Source: a virus (taxonomy: Duplodnaviria; Caudoviricetes). Taken from it: a stretch of 52,390 nt of DNA. The notes under the pieces were generated by a model. That model made no database searches and was not told the origin of the DNA. It saw nothing but the letters and a program-made list of their open reading frames with translations. This document shows, in pieces, positions 39,155 through 49,331 of this stretch. The DNA lies in the IMG/VR virus record IMGVR_UViG_3300027970_000038, positions 1 to 52,390 of that record. One strand, given 5' to 3'. Numbering within the stretch: the stretch's first letter is position 1; each line of letters opens with the position of its first letter. The translations under genes were made by a program, and so were the position numbers.

Positions 39155-40690
39155 ATGGCACGCGATACCGAAAGCTTCAACAATGAACTTTATAACCTCT
39201 TAAAAGTTAGAGGTTATACTCCTGTTCCGCTTAATAGTCAGAATAAACGGGTTCGAGTTTCACAGGAAGCCGATGTTATAGAATTTACTTTTAAGAAAGA
39301 TGGCACAGACTATGGTAAAGTTTGGGTCAGCCTTGATGATTCTAGTAAAGTTATCGTATATTATGACGATGAGCAAGCTGACAGTCCTGACAACATTACT
39401 CCGGGAGTAGAATATGATGATACTTGGGAGGGATTTTTAAAACATTTGAAGAACTGGGCGCAACGCAGACAACTTGACTTCGAACTATCTAACAAAGATC
39501 AATTGGGGGATCGCATGAGACAACGGGAGCATCTCAAGGTGAAAGAGCGAGTAGCAGAAGGATATCATTCAATGGGTAGGGCTAGAAGTTACAACGACGC
39601 CGTACCGAATGTAAAGATCGTTCTTCAACACAATCGTAACATCGAAGAAGGCGAACAGCGTTATCGTAACGTAGCGAAAATATACCTTGAAAATATACAC
39701 GGAGAACGCTTTTTAGCTCCCACTACTAAGCCAGGGGTGGCACAAGTCTATGCTCGTCATGTTGCTGAGGGCGGAGTTCCTAACGATGATCGATGGAACC
39801 ATATCAAAAAGTTGTGCGAAGAATATAATAAGATGGCTGGATTTGTTCGCGCAACACGCAACGGCGAGTTTACTGAATCAACGCAGAAACTAGTTCTAGA
39901 AGGTATCAATCACTATAATAAACTACGTGAATCGTTAGGCAAGATGCGTGGACATCGCGGCTATAATGCTTATTTCGAATCATGGTCGCCTCCTCTCATG
40001 GAAGATGAGAATGACGACACTATCAATGAATTATTCGTGCAGGAAACCATGGATCCTCGGATAGAATCGGTTATGCCAATCCTCTCTCGCCTTCGGAAGA
40101 ACATAGCAGAAATGAATGAAGTTAATATGCTCGAAAACTGGGCTGATAATGTTATCAGCGAGAAGTTAGAGCTTGATGAAGCTCTCGAGCCTTGGATGGG
40201 TAAGGATATTGACAAGCCTGCACACCTTCGCAAGAAAGAACATGAAGACAACAAGAGAGACGCTAATCCTCCTAAGGCTCTGCGTAGAGTCAAAAACGAA
40301 CCGCACAAAGATGAGATAGAGGAAAGCAATCTAGCATTATTATTCACAAAAGAATCAGATTCTTCGATAATTAGCCAACTGCGCAAGATCGCTGACGAAG
40401 GAACAACTGGTTCGATTGAGTTAGAAGACGGCACACACAAGTTTAGTAAATCTATGGCTGAAAAAATATTGAAATTATATGATAAAACGCCTGATTATGA
40501 TAAAGAAAAAATTACAAAATTACTTAAGACTACGAATGGTGTGAAAAAAATCATTGATTTTGTGTCGGACAAGACTGACGATGATGACACGTCTACTGAT
40601 GATACCCCGATAGGCCGGGCAAAGCATACTACAAAGAAAAAAATAAAGACTTCACGTTTGGCTAAGTTACTTGGAGTGGATGAATCTTAA
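39155..40690 (+). CDS. Large hypothetical late protein
   Basis: ATG 5 nt after TAAATA; 511 aa; several LxE/IxE sites in C-terminal third. Confidence 0.6.
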   Translation: MARDTESFNNELYNLLKVRGYTPVPLNSQNKRVRVSQEADVIEFTFKKDGTDYGKVWVSLDDSSKVIVYYDDEQADSPDNITPGVEYDDTWEGFLKHLKNWAQRRQLDFELSNKDQLGDRMRQREHLKVKERVAEGYHSMGRARSYNDAVPNVKIVLQHNRNIEEGEQRYRNVAKIYLENIHGERFLAPTTKPGVAQVYARHVAEGGVPNDDRWNHIKKLCEEYNKMAGFVRATRNGEFTESTQKLVLEGINHYNKLRESLGKMRGHRGYNAYFESWSPPLMEDENDDTINELFVQETMDPRIESVMPILSRLRKNIAEMNEVNMLENWADNVISEKLELDEALEPWMGKDIDKPAHLRKKEHEDNKRDANPPKALRRVKNEPHKDEIEESNLALLFTKESDSSIISQLRKIADEGTTGSIELEDGTHKFSKSMAEKILKLYDKTPDYDKEKITKLLKTTNGVKKIIDFVSDKTDDDDTSTDDTPIGRAKHTTKKKIKTSRLAKLLGVDES

Positions 40691-40727
40691 ACTATTTTAT
40701 TAATTACCCATTACTGGCATAAATATA

Positions 40728-40756
40728 TTGACACAGGGTTTGATATCTAGTATATT
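40728..40756 (+). promoter_or_regulatory. sigma70-like promoter with adjacent TAAATA box
   Basis: TTGACA-17 nt-TATATT; TAAATA at 40720. Confidence 0.6.
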
Positions 40757-40843
40757 AAACACTGTGGTAGTTGTCTCCGACAGCAAACATAAATCACATA
40801 CTAAAGCTCAACATATAGCACATTTTAATAGGAGAAAAACAAA

Positions 40844-41842
40844 ATGGCAAGTCTAGCAGAAATCCGCGCGCATATTACAGCAGCAGAAAACAAGAACCAA
40901 AATAAAGGTTCAAACACACAATCAGATAACGCAATTTATCCTCATTGGAACATCGATGAAGGTACTACTGCTACAGTCCGATTCCTTCCAGATGCTGATC
41001 CAAACAACACGTTCTTTTGGATCGAACGTCAGGTCATCAAGCTTCCATTTAATGGTGTCAAGGGTGACAATACCATGAAGAACGTCACGGTTCAAGTGCC
41101 GTGTGTAGAAATGTACGGCGATAACTGTCCTATTCTAGCAGAAGTTCGTCCGTGGTACAAGGATGAGTCTCTCAAGGAACTGGCTAATAAGTATTGGAAG
41201 AAGCGTTCTTACATTTATCAGGGTTTTGTTAGGCAAAACCCAATCGGCGATGACGTGACCCCAACTAACCCTATTCGTCGATTTGTCGTTACTTCGCAGA
41301 TTCAAACGATCATTAAGGCATCGTTGATGGATCCTGAGATGGAAGAGTTGCCAACTGATTACATCAGGGGACTTGATTTCAATGTCCGTAAGACCCCCGG
41401 TAAGGGAGGGTTTGCAGAGTATACCACGTCAAGTTGGGCCCGCAAAGAAACTCCGTTGACCGAAGCTGAAATGGCTGCGATTGATGCGCATAGGCTGTAT
41501 AGCCTTGCTGACTTCCTACCAAAGAAGCCGAGTGAAGCAGAACTTCGCATCATCAAAGAAATGTTCGAAGCATCTGTCGACGGTAGACCGTACGACACTG
41601 AAAAGTGGGGCGCATATTATCGTCCATATGGTGTCGAGGCCCCTTCGGGTGCTGGTGCGACAAAACAATCGGTGACTACTGGAACTAGCACCCCCGCAAC
41701 AGTATCTTCCCCGAAGTTCAACGACGTAGATGATGCTCCCCCGTTTGAAGTAAATGATTCGGCATCTAGTCCTCAGAAGTCTCAATCGTCAAGTGATAAG
41801 GCACAGGACATCTTGAAGATGATCCGCGCTCGCCAGATGTAA
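40844..41842 (+). CDS. T4 gp32-like single-stranded DNA-binding protein
   Basis: VRFLPD, C..CP, YWKKRSY, GLDF..K, Y..S.W; located before uvsX/uvsY. Confidence 0.85.
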   Translation: MASLAEIRAHITAAENKNQNKGSNTQSDNAIYPHWNIDEGTTATVRFLPDADPNNTFFWIERQVIKLPFNGVKGDNTMKNVTVQVPCVEMYGDNCPILAEVRPWYKDESLKELANKYWKKRSYIYQGFVRQNPIGDDVTPTNPIRRFVVTSQIQTIIKASLMDPEMEELPTDYIRGLDFNVRKTPGKGGFAEYTTSSWARKETPLTEAEMAAIDAHRLYSLADFLPKKPSEAELRIIKEMFEASVDGRPYDTEKWGAYYRPYGVEAPSGAGATKQSVTTGTSTPATVSSPKFNDVDDAPPFEVNDSASSPQKSQSSSDKAQDILKMIRARQM

Positions 41843-41851
41843 GGTGACTAT

Positions 41852-41879
41852 TTAGGCGGAGGCATTGCCTCCCCCTAAA
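41852..41879 (+). terminator. Hairpin/putative terminator after gp32
   Basis: TTAGGCGGAGGC-ATT-GCCTCCCCCTAA. Confidence 0.5.
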
Positions 41880-41896
41880 TGATAAAGGAAACATCA

Positions 41897-42124
41897 ATGA
41901 CAAAAGCAGATGAAAGATACCGGGCGTTAAAGCAAGGTAAAAAACTATTGGAAGAACTATGTGACCCTGGAAAAACTCCCAGAGTTCCTAGTATCATTCG
42001 AGACAGAGCGAGGGGCATTCTACGCCATTATCCCGGCGACCACAACATCGACCGATTGGCAGAGAATAGTCCCGAATTACTTGAAAAATTATCATTCAAT
42101 GATAAAGTTGCAAAGATCAGATAG
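41897..42124 (+). CDS. Small conserved-type phage protein
   Basis: MT..DERYRA..TPRVP..IR.RA..LRHYP motif; AAGGA SD. Confidence 0.6.
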   Translation: MTKADERYRALKQGKKLLEELCDPGKTPRVPSIIRDRARGILRHYPGDHNIDRLAENSPELLEKLSFNDKVAKIR

Positions 42125-42135
42125 GAGAATACAAC

Positions 42136-43206
42136 TTGTCAAAGCCCTTTGACGTAAGCCGTTTCCGTAAGGACATCACTAAGGCTATTGACGGTCTTAG
42201 TATCGGGTTCAACGACCCAACAGATTGGATTAGTACAGGCAATCATGCACTTAATTATCTCATTAGCGGTGATTTTAACAAAGGCGTACCTCTTGGTAAA
42301 GTTACTGTCTTTGCCGGAGAGTCGGGCGCAGGAAAATCATTCATTTGTTCAGGAAATCTAGTACGACATGCCCAAGAGCAGGGCATCTATGTCGTACTCA
42401 TTGATAGTGAAAATGCACTAGACGAAGCCTGGCTACATGCTCTCGGCGTTGACACTAGTGAAGAAAAGTTACTCAAGCTGAATATGGCAATGATTGATGA
42501 CGTTGCTAGGACTATTCATGAATTCATGAAGGGCTATAAGACTATTCCTGACGGCCCCGAGAAGCCTAAAGTTTTGTTTATCATCGACTCGCTTGGTATG
42601 TTGCTCACTCCTACTGATGTTAATCAGTTCGAAGCAGGCGACATGAAGGGTGACATGGGCCGTAAGCCTAAGGCACTGACTGCACTTGTTCGTAACTGCG
42701 TAAACATGTTCGGTAATCATAATGTTGGATTGGTTGCTACTAATCACACTTATGCATCACAAGACATGTTTGATCCTGATGACAAAATTTCAGGTGGTCA
42801 AGGCTTCGTCTACGCATCGTCAATCGTAGTTGCGATGAAGAAATTGAAACTCAAGGAAGACGAAGACGGCAACAAGATTTCTGAAGTCAGGGGAATTCGT
42901 GCTGCATGTAAGATCATGAAAACTCGTTATGCGAAGCCTTTCGAATCTGTGCAAGTTAAGATTCCATATGAGACGGGCATGAGTCCTTATTCAGGTCTAG
43001 TTGATTTGATCGAAAAGGCTGGAATGCTTGCTAAGGAAGGCAACTCTCTTGTTTATACTCGCCTTGACGGGACCGTCATCAAGAAGTTTCGTAAGGGATG
43101 GGAACGCAATGATGACAATTGCTTAGATACTGTTATGACAGAATTTGAACAAAAGTCAGCGAAGATCATTCCTACCGTAGTCGAAGAAGAGGATGCAGCA
43201 GAATGA
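42136..43206 (+). CDS. uvsX: UvsX/RecA-like recombinase
   Basis: GESGAGKS, IDSE, IIDSLG, TNH.Y, SGG; TTG start with AGGAG SD. Confidence 0.92.
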   Translation: MSKPFDVSRFRKDITKAIDGLSIGFNDPTDWISTGNHALNYLISGDFNKGVPLGKVTVFAGESGAGKSFICSGNLVRHAQEQGIYVVLIDSENALDEAWLHALGVDTSEEKLLKLNMAMIDDVARTIHEFMKGYKTIPDGPEKPKVLFIIDSLGMLLTPTDVNQFEAGDMKGDMGRKPKALTALVRNCVNMFGNHNVGLVATNHTYASQDMFDPDDKISGGQGFVYASSIVVAMKKLKLKEDEDGNKISEVRGIRAACKIMKTRYAKPFESVQVKIPYETGMSPYSGLVDLIEKAGMLAKEGNSLVYTRLDGTVIKKFRKGWERNDDNCLDTVMTEFEQKSAKIIPTVVEEEDAAE

Positions 43207-43472
43207 GCCTAGTGCTAGTTAATGAAATCTGGAAACTTCTCAGAGGTAGCATTGACTCGGGAGATATTGACAGTGCTGCTGAAATGCTGGTTAATTACTT
43301 AGTCGAGGAAGACTATTCTCCAACCGAGATTAAACAGGCATTTCGTGGGGACATTGATATCAAGCAAGCGTTAGATTATTATCTAGAGACGCCAGAAGAC
43401 GGTCTGGTCGAGGCTCGACGGGACGAAGATGACGTATATTTTGACGAAGATTACGACGATCCTTACTTATGA
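43203..43472 (+). CDS. Hypothetical acidic protein
   Basis: 89 aa coupled between uvsX and uvsY. Confidence 0.55.
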   Translation: MSLVLVNEIWKLLRGSIDSGDIDSAAEMLVNYLVEEDYSPTEIKQAFRGDIDIKQALDYYLETPEDGLVEARRDEDDVYFDEDYDDPYL

Positions 43473-43927
43473 CCTGGTACAGCAGAGTCTCACGAGATTT
43501 AAGCGCACTTCCCGATTTTATCTCGTACTATGAGCGCGAGATACAGTCGGCAAAGTCTGATGTCAAGGTATACGGTAATATCGAAAAGAATATTGCTGCA
43601 CTTCCTGGTATAGCTGAGTATCGCTTCAATCAATTACAAGAGATCGAAGCGGTACTCAACTACTTAAATATCCAATTACGAAAGATTCGCAGAACACATT
43701 TTCAAAAATACCTAGAAAAATATAACAGGGCATTGTCTAGCCGTGACGCTGAAAAGTATGTCGACGGTGAAGATGAGGTAATCGATTTCGAGGTACTGAT
43801 CAACGAGGTCGCTCTAGTGCGAAACAAGTTTCTAGGTATAATGAAGGGTCTGGATAGCAAGAACTTTATGTTAGGTCATGTCGTGAGATTGAGGGTAGCC
43901 GGAATGGAAGATATCACAATTGGGTAA
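43469..43927 (+). CDS. uvsY: UvsY-like recombination mediator
   Basis: Helical 152 aa, EKYVDGE..K.F.L..VRLR.AG C-terminus; position after uvsX. Confidence 0.75.
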   Translation: MTWYSRVSRDLSALPDFISYYEREIQSAKSDVKVYGNIEKNIAALPGIAEYRFNQLQEIEAVLNYLNIQLRKIRRTHFQKYLEKYNRALSSRDAEKYVDGEDEVIDFEVLINEVALVRNKFLGIMKGLDSKNFMLGHVVRLRVAGMEDITIG

Positions 43928-44150
43928 GCTGCGGCTTGCTTTTCCCCTCAAAAATCTATAATGTCAAATCATAGGATGAATTGAACGCATCCGGCGTTAT
44001 ATAGAGGGTTACAATGACTTAAAATCGTATACAACGATTGTTCTTATAGCTTTGTCAAACTTAACCAAGTTGGATAGGGACCCTATCCAACTCATAAGCA
44101 ATATTGCTTTATTTTTAGAATTCGTCTATATTGAATTATAGGAGATATGT

Positions 44151-44882
44151 ATGACTCGATTTAATCCGGTTATTGTTGACACTCATGATTGGGACAGTAA
44201 ATTTGATATCCCGGAGCCAACAACCTTAACTCATGAGGATCCGTTGCTGCTTAGTTGTGTTCTTTATCGACTAACTAACCAAGATCCTGATGTAGAAAAC
44301 GGCACCATTGGACACGATTTCATGTCCAACTTCATTAAAGAACAGATTACCGAAGAAGATCGTGTCTTTGCAGGAATCGTTCGCAGACATTATAATGATA
44401 AGATTGTTTTGACTACACTTCGCGGTGATCGCTTCACTCCGTTTCGGCAAGATTTGGCTCGCTTCCTAAGCGGCGAATTTAAGACAGCTGGTCAGAACTA
44501 TCAATTCCCCACGAAGTTTTTGGGTATGCTATACAAGCTGCCTTATTTCTATCAATACGATAAGGAACTTGATTTGGTGTTCGATGGCCAGTATCATCCT
44601 CTTAGAGGGGATGTACTTAACTACGAAACTGAACAGCAGGAACTAACCCTTATCAAGAAAGTTAGGGCTTATCGCAAGGGCCATAGCCTGCACGAGTATT
44701 GGTTCCGTGATCACAAAGATGATCGCATCATGTTGAGTGTGGATGCTCGCTGTCCAACGACTAACTTGTTTGACCACTATCTATCTACCAATAAAACCGT
44801 TGCAGTTAAAGGTCTCTTTAGGGCTGCGCGGAAAGATACCTTGGAATATTATCGGGCTCAAACCTGGTCGTTGAAGGTCTAA
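44151..44882 (+). CDS. Hypothetical protein
   Basis: 243 aa, AGGAG SD, TTGCTT..TATATT promoter-like sequence upstream. Confidence 0.6.
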   Translation: MTRFNPVIVDTHDWDSKFDIPEPTTLTHEDPLLLSCVLYRLTNQDPDVENGTIGHDFMSNFIKEQITEEDRVFAGIVRRHYNDKIVLTTLRGDRFTPFRQDLARFLSGEFKTAGQNYQFPTKFLGMLYKLPYFYQYDKELDLVFDGQYHPLRGDVLNYETEQQELTLIKKVRAYRKGHSLHEYWFRDHKDDRIMLSVDARCPTTNLFDHYLSTNKTVAVKGLFRAARKDTLEYYRAQTWSLKV

Positions 44883-44955
44883 TATTTTTATCACGCTCTT
44901 TGGATTACCCTAGATGTTGAATTGTGAACAGCGACAAACAAACGGCGGTACAAAA

Positions 44956-45612
44956 ATGCTTGACCATCAAGCCGAGATGTGGGCGGTTCTCTGTGAACCG
45001 CCCGAGCAGTTCAATGGCCTGTTGCATTATTTCGATACGGTAGAATTCAAGAAAAAGTTCAACAGAACTTCGTTTACTTGGAATACTATCGATATAGATA
45101 TAGTGATGCGCAAGTTTCGTATCGCATGTGTCGAATATGCCTTAGCTACGGCGAGAAAAGTACAACCAGCTATTCTATCTGATTACTGGCAACCGGTAGA
45201 AGATGCCTGTCAACAGGTCATCGATGCCTTGAATGGTAATGGTGATTTGGCTGATGCTTGTGCTGCTGCTGCTAGTGCTGCTGCTGCTGCTAGTGCTGCT
45301 GATGCTGCTCGTGCTGTTGCTGATGCTGCTTGTGCTGCTGCTGCTAGTGCTGCTGCTGCTTATGCTGCTGATGCTGCTGATGCTGCTTATGCTGCGGCTG
45401 ATGCTGCTCGTGCTGCTGCTTATGCTGCTAATGCTGCTCGTGCTGCTGCTCGTGCTGCTGCTGCTAGTGCTGCTTATGCTGCTGCTGCTGATGCTGCTGC
45501 TCGTGCTGCTGCTAATGCTGCTGCTGCTGATGCTGCTCGGGCTTCTGCTGACGCAGACCTATCTGAAATCTTTATCAACATTATTTTGTCCGAATACAAA
45601 AATAAGTGTTGA
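44956..45612 (+). CDS. Ala-rich repeat protein
   Basis: Globular N-terminus then about 95 aa of A-rich AAY/AAD/AAR repeats. Confidence 0.6.
   Translation: MLDHQAEMWAVLCEPPEQFNGLLHYFDTVEFKKKFNRTSFTWNTIDIDIVMRKFRIACVEYALATARKVQPAILSDYWQPVEDACQQVIDALNGNGDLADACAAAASAAAAASAADAARAVADAACAAAASAAAAYAADAADAAYAAADAARAAAYAANAARAAARAAAASAAYAAAADAAARAAANAAAADAARASADADLSEIFINIILSEYKNKC
45250..45552 (+). repeat. Degenerate (GCT)n trinucleotide array
   Basis: Runs of GCT punctuated by GAT/TAT/CGT/AGT/TGT/AAT. Confidence 0.9.
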
Positions 45613-45637
45613 CATCAATTACCCGTTTTGCTATATT
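45609..45637 (+). promoter_or_regulatory. sigma70-like early promoter
   Basis: TTGACA-17 nt-TATATT preceded by TGC. Confidence 0.7.
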
Positions 45638-45672
45638 GAAATTGAATCATAGAGACAGTAAGAGAAAACGTA

Positions 45673-45954
45673 ATGTGGACAATCGCTAAAGTTCGTAACG
45701 GCTTTCATGATCTTCCCAATGATCGTTTCCACACCTTCGCTATCTTGAAGGATGGCGAGATTGTCGGTGAACTCAAGTTTGACCGCGGTCGTTGGAAATC
45801 AGCGGGCGGCCCCGCTTGGAAGGGAACTCTGTTCAAGACTTCGCTTCATGGACGCACTGATTCATCCGGCTGCATGGGTGTTGTCTATTACAACAAAGAT
45901 CGCAATAACGTATTGAAATGGTTCAAGGTCGGTGAGTGTTCTATTCGAGGTTAA
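45673..45954 (+). CDS. Hypothetical early protein
   Basis: 93 aa directly downstream of promoter. Confidence 0.55.
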   Translation: MWTIAKVRNGFHDLPNDRFHTFAILKDGEIVGELKFDRGRWKSAGGPAWKGTLFKTSLHGRTDSSGCMGVVYYNKDRNNVLKWFKVGECSIRG

Positions 45955-46076
45955 TATTCATCACTAATTTTATGCCTTACGTGTCTTACACAGTAATATG
46001 ATTCTGTCCGACAAGCATGACGTAAAAATTATTCGCAATCGATTTGCGTTTAGTAAATACATACAGGAGAATTACG

Positions 46077-46367
46077 ATGAACAAATTTATCACAGTACAT
46101 TCTGAAAACGGAAAGAATAGATCGATGGTAAACATCGACTTCATCGTTTCTGTTGTCGAATATGAAGGTAAAAACTACCTAACAGTCAAGGGCATTGAAA
46201 ATCCCGCAATTATTGATGAGAACATTTCTCAGGTGCAACAGTTGATGTATGCACAAGCAGGTACACCCATGCCAGCAACTAATAATAGTCAACTGCCTAA
46301 TATATATGCACCGATCATGGCCCCCATGCCTCCTGTAGTAGATGAATCTATCACGGGTCCAAGTTGA
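46077..46367 (+). CDS. Hypothetical protein
   Basis: AGGAG SD before ATG 46077, TAAATA upstream; Pro-rich tail. Confidence 0.55.
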   Translation: MNKFITVHSENGKNRSMVNIDFIVSVVEYEGKNYLTVKGIENPAIIDENISQVQQLMYAQAGTPMPATNNSQLPNIYAPIMAPMPPVVDESITGPS

Positions 46368-46637
46368 GTCGAAAAAGATATACATATGCTATATTTCGCT
46401 GCTTGCCTAATCTTTTTGGCCTTCAATACTGCTCTCGTCTATTATGACATCAAGCACAATCGAAGTAATACGTTGACATTAATTAATGCGTTTGCAGCTG
46501 GAATACTAACAACCTTAGTTGTGCTACAGCTAGGTTAACAGGATGAGCAAAGAAAGATAAAGAAAGACAACTCGACACGTCATCAATAATGAAGGACCCA
46601 ATTTAATCTCTAGAATTATCATAGTATAAATAGATGT

Positions 46638-46799
46638 ATGGTCCCGTTCTTGCAGTTTATTGTTGAAATGATTTTCACTATTACCCTGACTATGTTTGCA
46701 TTACTGATACTATTAGCTATCATCCTGTTTTATCCTGTTGCTATGTTTAGTTCTGCTGTTCACAACCAATTAAACAACATGCGAAAGAACCTTCGATGA
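46638..46799 (+). CDS. Small membrane protein (53 aa)
   Basis: TATAAATA 5 nt before ATG; long hydrophobic segment. Confidence 0.45.
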   Translation: MVPFLQFIVEMIFTITLTMFALLILLAIILFYPVAMFSSAVHNQLNNMRKNLR

Positions 46800-47182
46800 A
46801 CGACATAGAACTAGAAAACGATTTGGATCCAGAAAATGACGAGTCTTGGAAAAAATCCAGCATGGAATATGATCTCCTTACCAATGATTGGATTCTAGAT
46901 AAAGTCCGTGAATCAGATATCTATGCACAGAATTTGTATGCAGCAATATGCAACAATGATTTTAGAAAAAATGAAGTATTTCCTATCCTCAGGGAAGAAC
47001 GCTGGTCAGCATCATGGCGGGCTGCAGGTGCAATAATTGCAAATATGCAGCAGAGGGGCGATTACCTAGACTGGTATTGCGCCGACATTAGTGTTGATGG
47101 TCATCTTTCCGAAGGTGAAGTGGCTCCTATTATCCGAGAAGATTTGCTCAAATTGGGTTGGGTAGTGCTAGATCATAAATAG
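46796..47182 (+). CDS. Hypothetical protein
   Basis: YAQNLYAAICNN..WSASWR..GDYLDWYC..EG.V..DL.KLGW. Confidence 0.6.
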   Translation: MNDIELENDLDPENDESWKKSSMEYDLLTNDWILDKVRESDIYAQNLYAAICNNDFRKNEVFPILREERWSASWRAAGAIIANMQQRGDYLDWYCADISVDGHLSEGEVAPIIREDLLKLGWVVLDHK

Positions 47183-47368
47183 TACTAGAGGAAAAATCAT
47201 GAATCTGAATAGGTTTGGTTCTGGAGTAAAATTTTTGCAACAAGTTGCATCCGCTACTAACAATGTTAGACGGTGGTCATCGCAGCAGAGAACAGCTTCA
47301 TTAAAAGCGAACAAGAATCCGCACACTTCGACTTCAAGAGAATCTAATAAGCGAACAAGGAACATTCC

Positions 47369-47635
47369 ATGAATCATGGCAAGTTCAAGAAGTCAAGTCG
47401 AATTGCTAATACAAATACGGCGATTGCTCGTCAACTAAAGATCGCCAAGCATAGTTTATGGAACCATGCAAATATCGATCAACCTCATCGATGGGCCAAG
47501 AGACATGCAATGGATTGCGGACGACCAAGATGTATGGTTTGTGGTAATCCTCGTAAAATTTGGAACCAAAAGACTTTTCAGGAAGAAAAGTTCCTTCAGG
47601 GATATAACATCGATAAAAATACTCCCGACACATAA
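47369..47635 (+). CDS. Small basic Cys-motif protein
   Basis: HAMDCGRPRCMVCGNPRK; AAGGA SD. Confidence 0.6.
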   Translation: MNHGKFKKSSRIANTNTAIARQLKIAKHSLWNHANIDQPHRWAKRHAMDCGRPRCMVCGNPRKIWNQKTFQEEKFLQGYNIDKNTPDT

Positions 47636-47641
47636 AAAAGG

Positions 47642-47670
47642 TTGACATTCATCTCTCGGTTTGCTATATT
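47642..47670 (+). promoter_or_regulatory. sigma70-like early promoter
   Basis: TTGACA-17 nt-TATATT preceded by TGC. Confidence 0.7.
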
Positions 47671-47880
47671 ACATTATTAATTGCAAACAAAGGAACTTGA
47701 AATGGTTAACGGCATCGTCGCTTTTGTCTTTGGTCTCGTTGTCATGGACTTCGCGTGGGCTTGGAAGATGGGTATGCCGCAGCGTATCTGGCGCCGCTGT
47801 GTTTCTCGTTTGCGGCCCGATGTCGAGCGTATGCTGAAGCAATTTCGCTCTCGTTAGCAACAAATTTAAAGGAGAAATAA

Positions 47881-48417
47881 ATGACTGAATTACTACCATC
47901 TGTTGTTCCGGCAGTAGTCTTTAAGACTCGTGTCCGTGACGACTCGATTGAAGGTACTAACCCATATCGTTGGGAAGACACCACAACTTATGATTATTTT
48001 GGCGGAAAGCGAGTTGTCCTTTTCTCTCTTCCGGGGGCATTCACGCCAACGTGTTCTACCTATCAACTACCAGGATTCGAAGAAAAGTATGATGAGTTCA
48101 AGGCACAAGGCATCGACGAAATCTATTGTATTTCAGTTAATGATGCGTTCGTGATGAACAAGTGGATAGAATCTCAAGGGGTTAAGAACGTCAAGGTTAT
48201 TCCGGATGGATCCGGAATATTCACTAGTAAGATGAATATGCTGGTGCAAAAGGATAATCTTGGATTCGGTGTCCGTTCTTGGCGTTATGCAGTCGTCGTT
48301 AACAACGGCAAAATCGAGCAGTGGTTTGTCGAACCCGGTATCGAACACAATTGTATGACTGATCCATACGGTGAATCGTCTCCCGAAAACGTATTAGCTT
48401 GGCTGCAAGGTAACTAA
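47881..48417 (+). CDS. Peroxiredoxin (Prx5/Redoxin type)
   Basis: SLPGAFTPTCS, CISVNDAFVM, DGSG.F, RSWRY; AAGGAG SD. Confidence 0.93.
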   Translation: MTELLPSVVPAVVFKTRVRDDSIEGTNPYRWEDTTTYDYFGGKRVVLFSLPGAFTPTCSTYQLPGFEEKYDEFKAQGIDEIYCISVNDAFVMNKWIESQGVKNVKVIPDGSGIFTSKMNMLVQKDNLGFGVRSWRYAVVVNNGKIEQWFVEPGIEHNCMTDPYGESSPENVLAWLQGN

Positions 48418-48425
48418 ATACTAAC

Positions 48426-48644
48426 ATGAGTATGTACGCATCTGAACCTGCTGATTTTGAATCAAAACCCAAATCGGTTGATAATGCCGTAGACAAACGT
48501 ATTGTGGCATTAGAATCAAAGGTGTCGAATCTAATTAATAGAGTCGACGGGATGCAGTCTGCACTTGATGATGCAAATCGTAATAACCGTAAATTAAAAA
48601 ACGACCTAAATGCGGTAACTGTGGTCCTGCGTAGCAGAAAATAA
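48426..48644 (+). CDS. Small coiled-coil protein
   Basis: Heptad pattern; TAAATA-N5-ATG. Confidence 0.5.
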   Translation: MSMYASEPADFESKPKSVDNAVDKRIVALESKVSNLINRVDGMQSALDDANRNNRKLKNDLNAVTVVLRSRK

Positions 48645-48704
48645 AAGGTCTGGCACTAATAATACATCTTGTGTGAAGTTCGGGCAAATAATACACTTTA
48701 AAGT

Positions 48705-48743
48705 TATAACAGGGGTTGACATTATTGTTAACCCCTGTTATTA
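48705..48743. terminator. Strong hairpin (possible bidirectional terminator)
   Basis: ATAACAGGGGTTGACA-TTAT-TGTTAACCCCTGTTAT. Confidence 0.55.
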
Positions 48744-48812
48744 TTAATAAAATGTGACATTTACTTCTTTTGCATTGAAGTCAGGTCCCAAAATATTCAA
48801 GGATAATAAAAC

Positions 48813-49331
48813 ATGAATTGGTTAACACTAGTGAAGGGTAGCATTCCTTCACACTCACTAGACATCGCAGAAAATCTCGAAAAGGCAATGACTGACTTGC
48901 AAGGACTAGACGAGATCGATGCACATGGTTGTGCGTTGGCGGCTGCAATTGCTTCGGGCAACGGAGGCCTAGCAGAAGAAATCGCAATGAATAGTCCGTT
49001 GTTCGGGACGCAGGAACGTGAAGCAGCAAAAACAGCAGCGTCACTCACTGCGATAGATGATGTGTATAGTATCTATCTATGGTATGCGGATAAGGAGCAA
49101 TTGGATCTGACTCTATCTAATTTTTCGTATGATGGACACGAAACAAATGGAGGAATCACTCCAAAACAGTATGGAATGTATGTGTTTGCATCAACGTTGG
49201 TTTATAAGAATTCAGTCAATATCGGAAGGATGATCAATACATTGAGGGCTGAAGGGGTAACTGACAGTCAGATTCAAGCAATCGCAAAGATCGCAGCAGT
49301 TATGTACGCAATCAATAGAATCATTCTTTAG
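48813..49331 (+). CDS. AhpD/CMD-like protein lacking CxxC
   Basis: IP..DI..NL, GCALAAAIA, EAAKTAASL, LRAEGVT..QIQ..KIAAV match AhpD; catalytic CxxC absent. Confidence 0.7.
   Translation: MNWLTLVKGSIPSHSLDIAENLEKAMTDLQGLDEIDAHGCALAAAIASGNGGLAEEIAMNSPLFGTQEREAAKTAASLTAIDDVYSIYLWYADKEQLDLTLSNFSYDGHETNGGITPKQYGMYVFASTLVYKNSVNIGRMINTLRAEGVTDSQIQAIAKIAAVMYAINRIIL

Noticed and set aside
44070-44091. Palindrome TTGGATAGGGACCCTATCCAA and an ATG-ACT-TAA stub after uvsY
   Set aside because: Single instance; could be a terminator, operator or deletion scar, with no further support
45233-45652. 139-aa Leu-rich ORF
   Set aside because: Alternate-frame shadow of the GCT repeat
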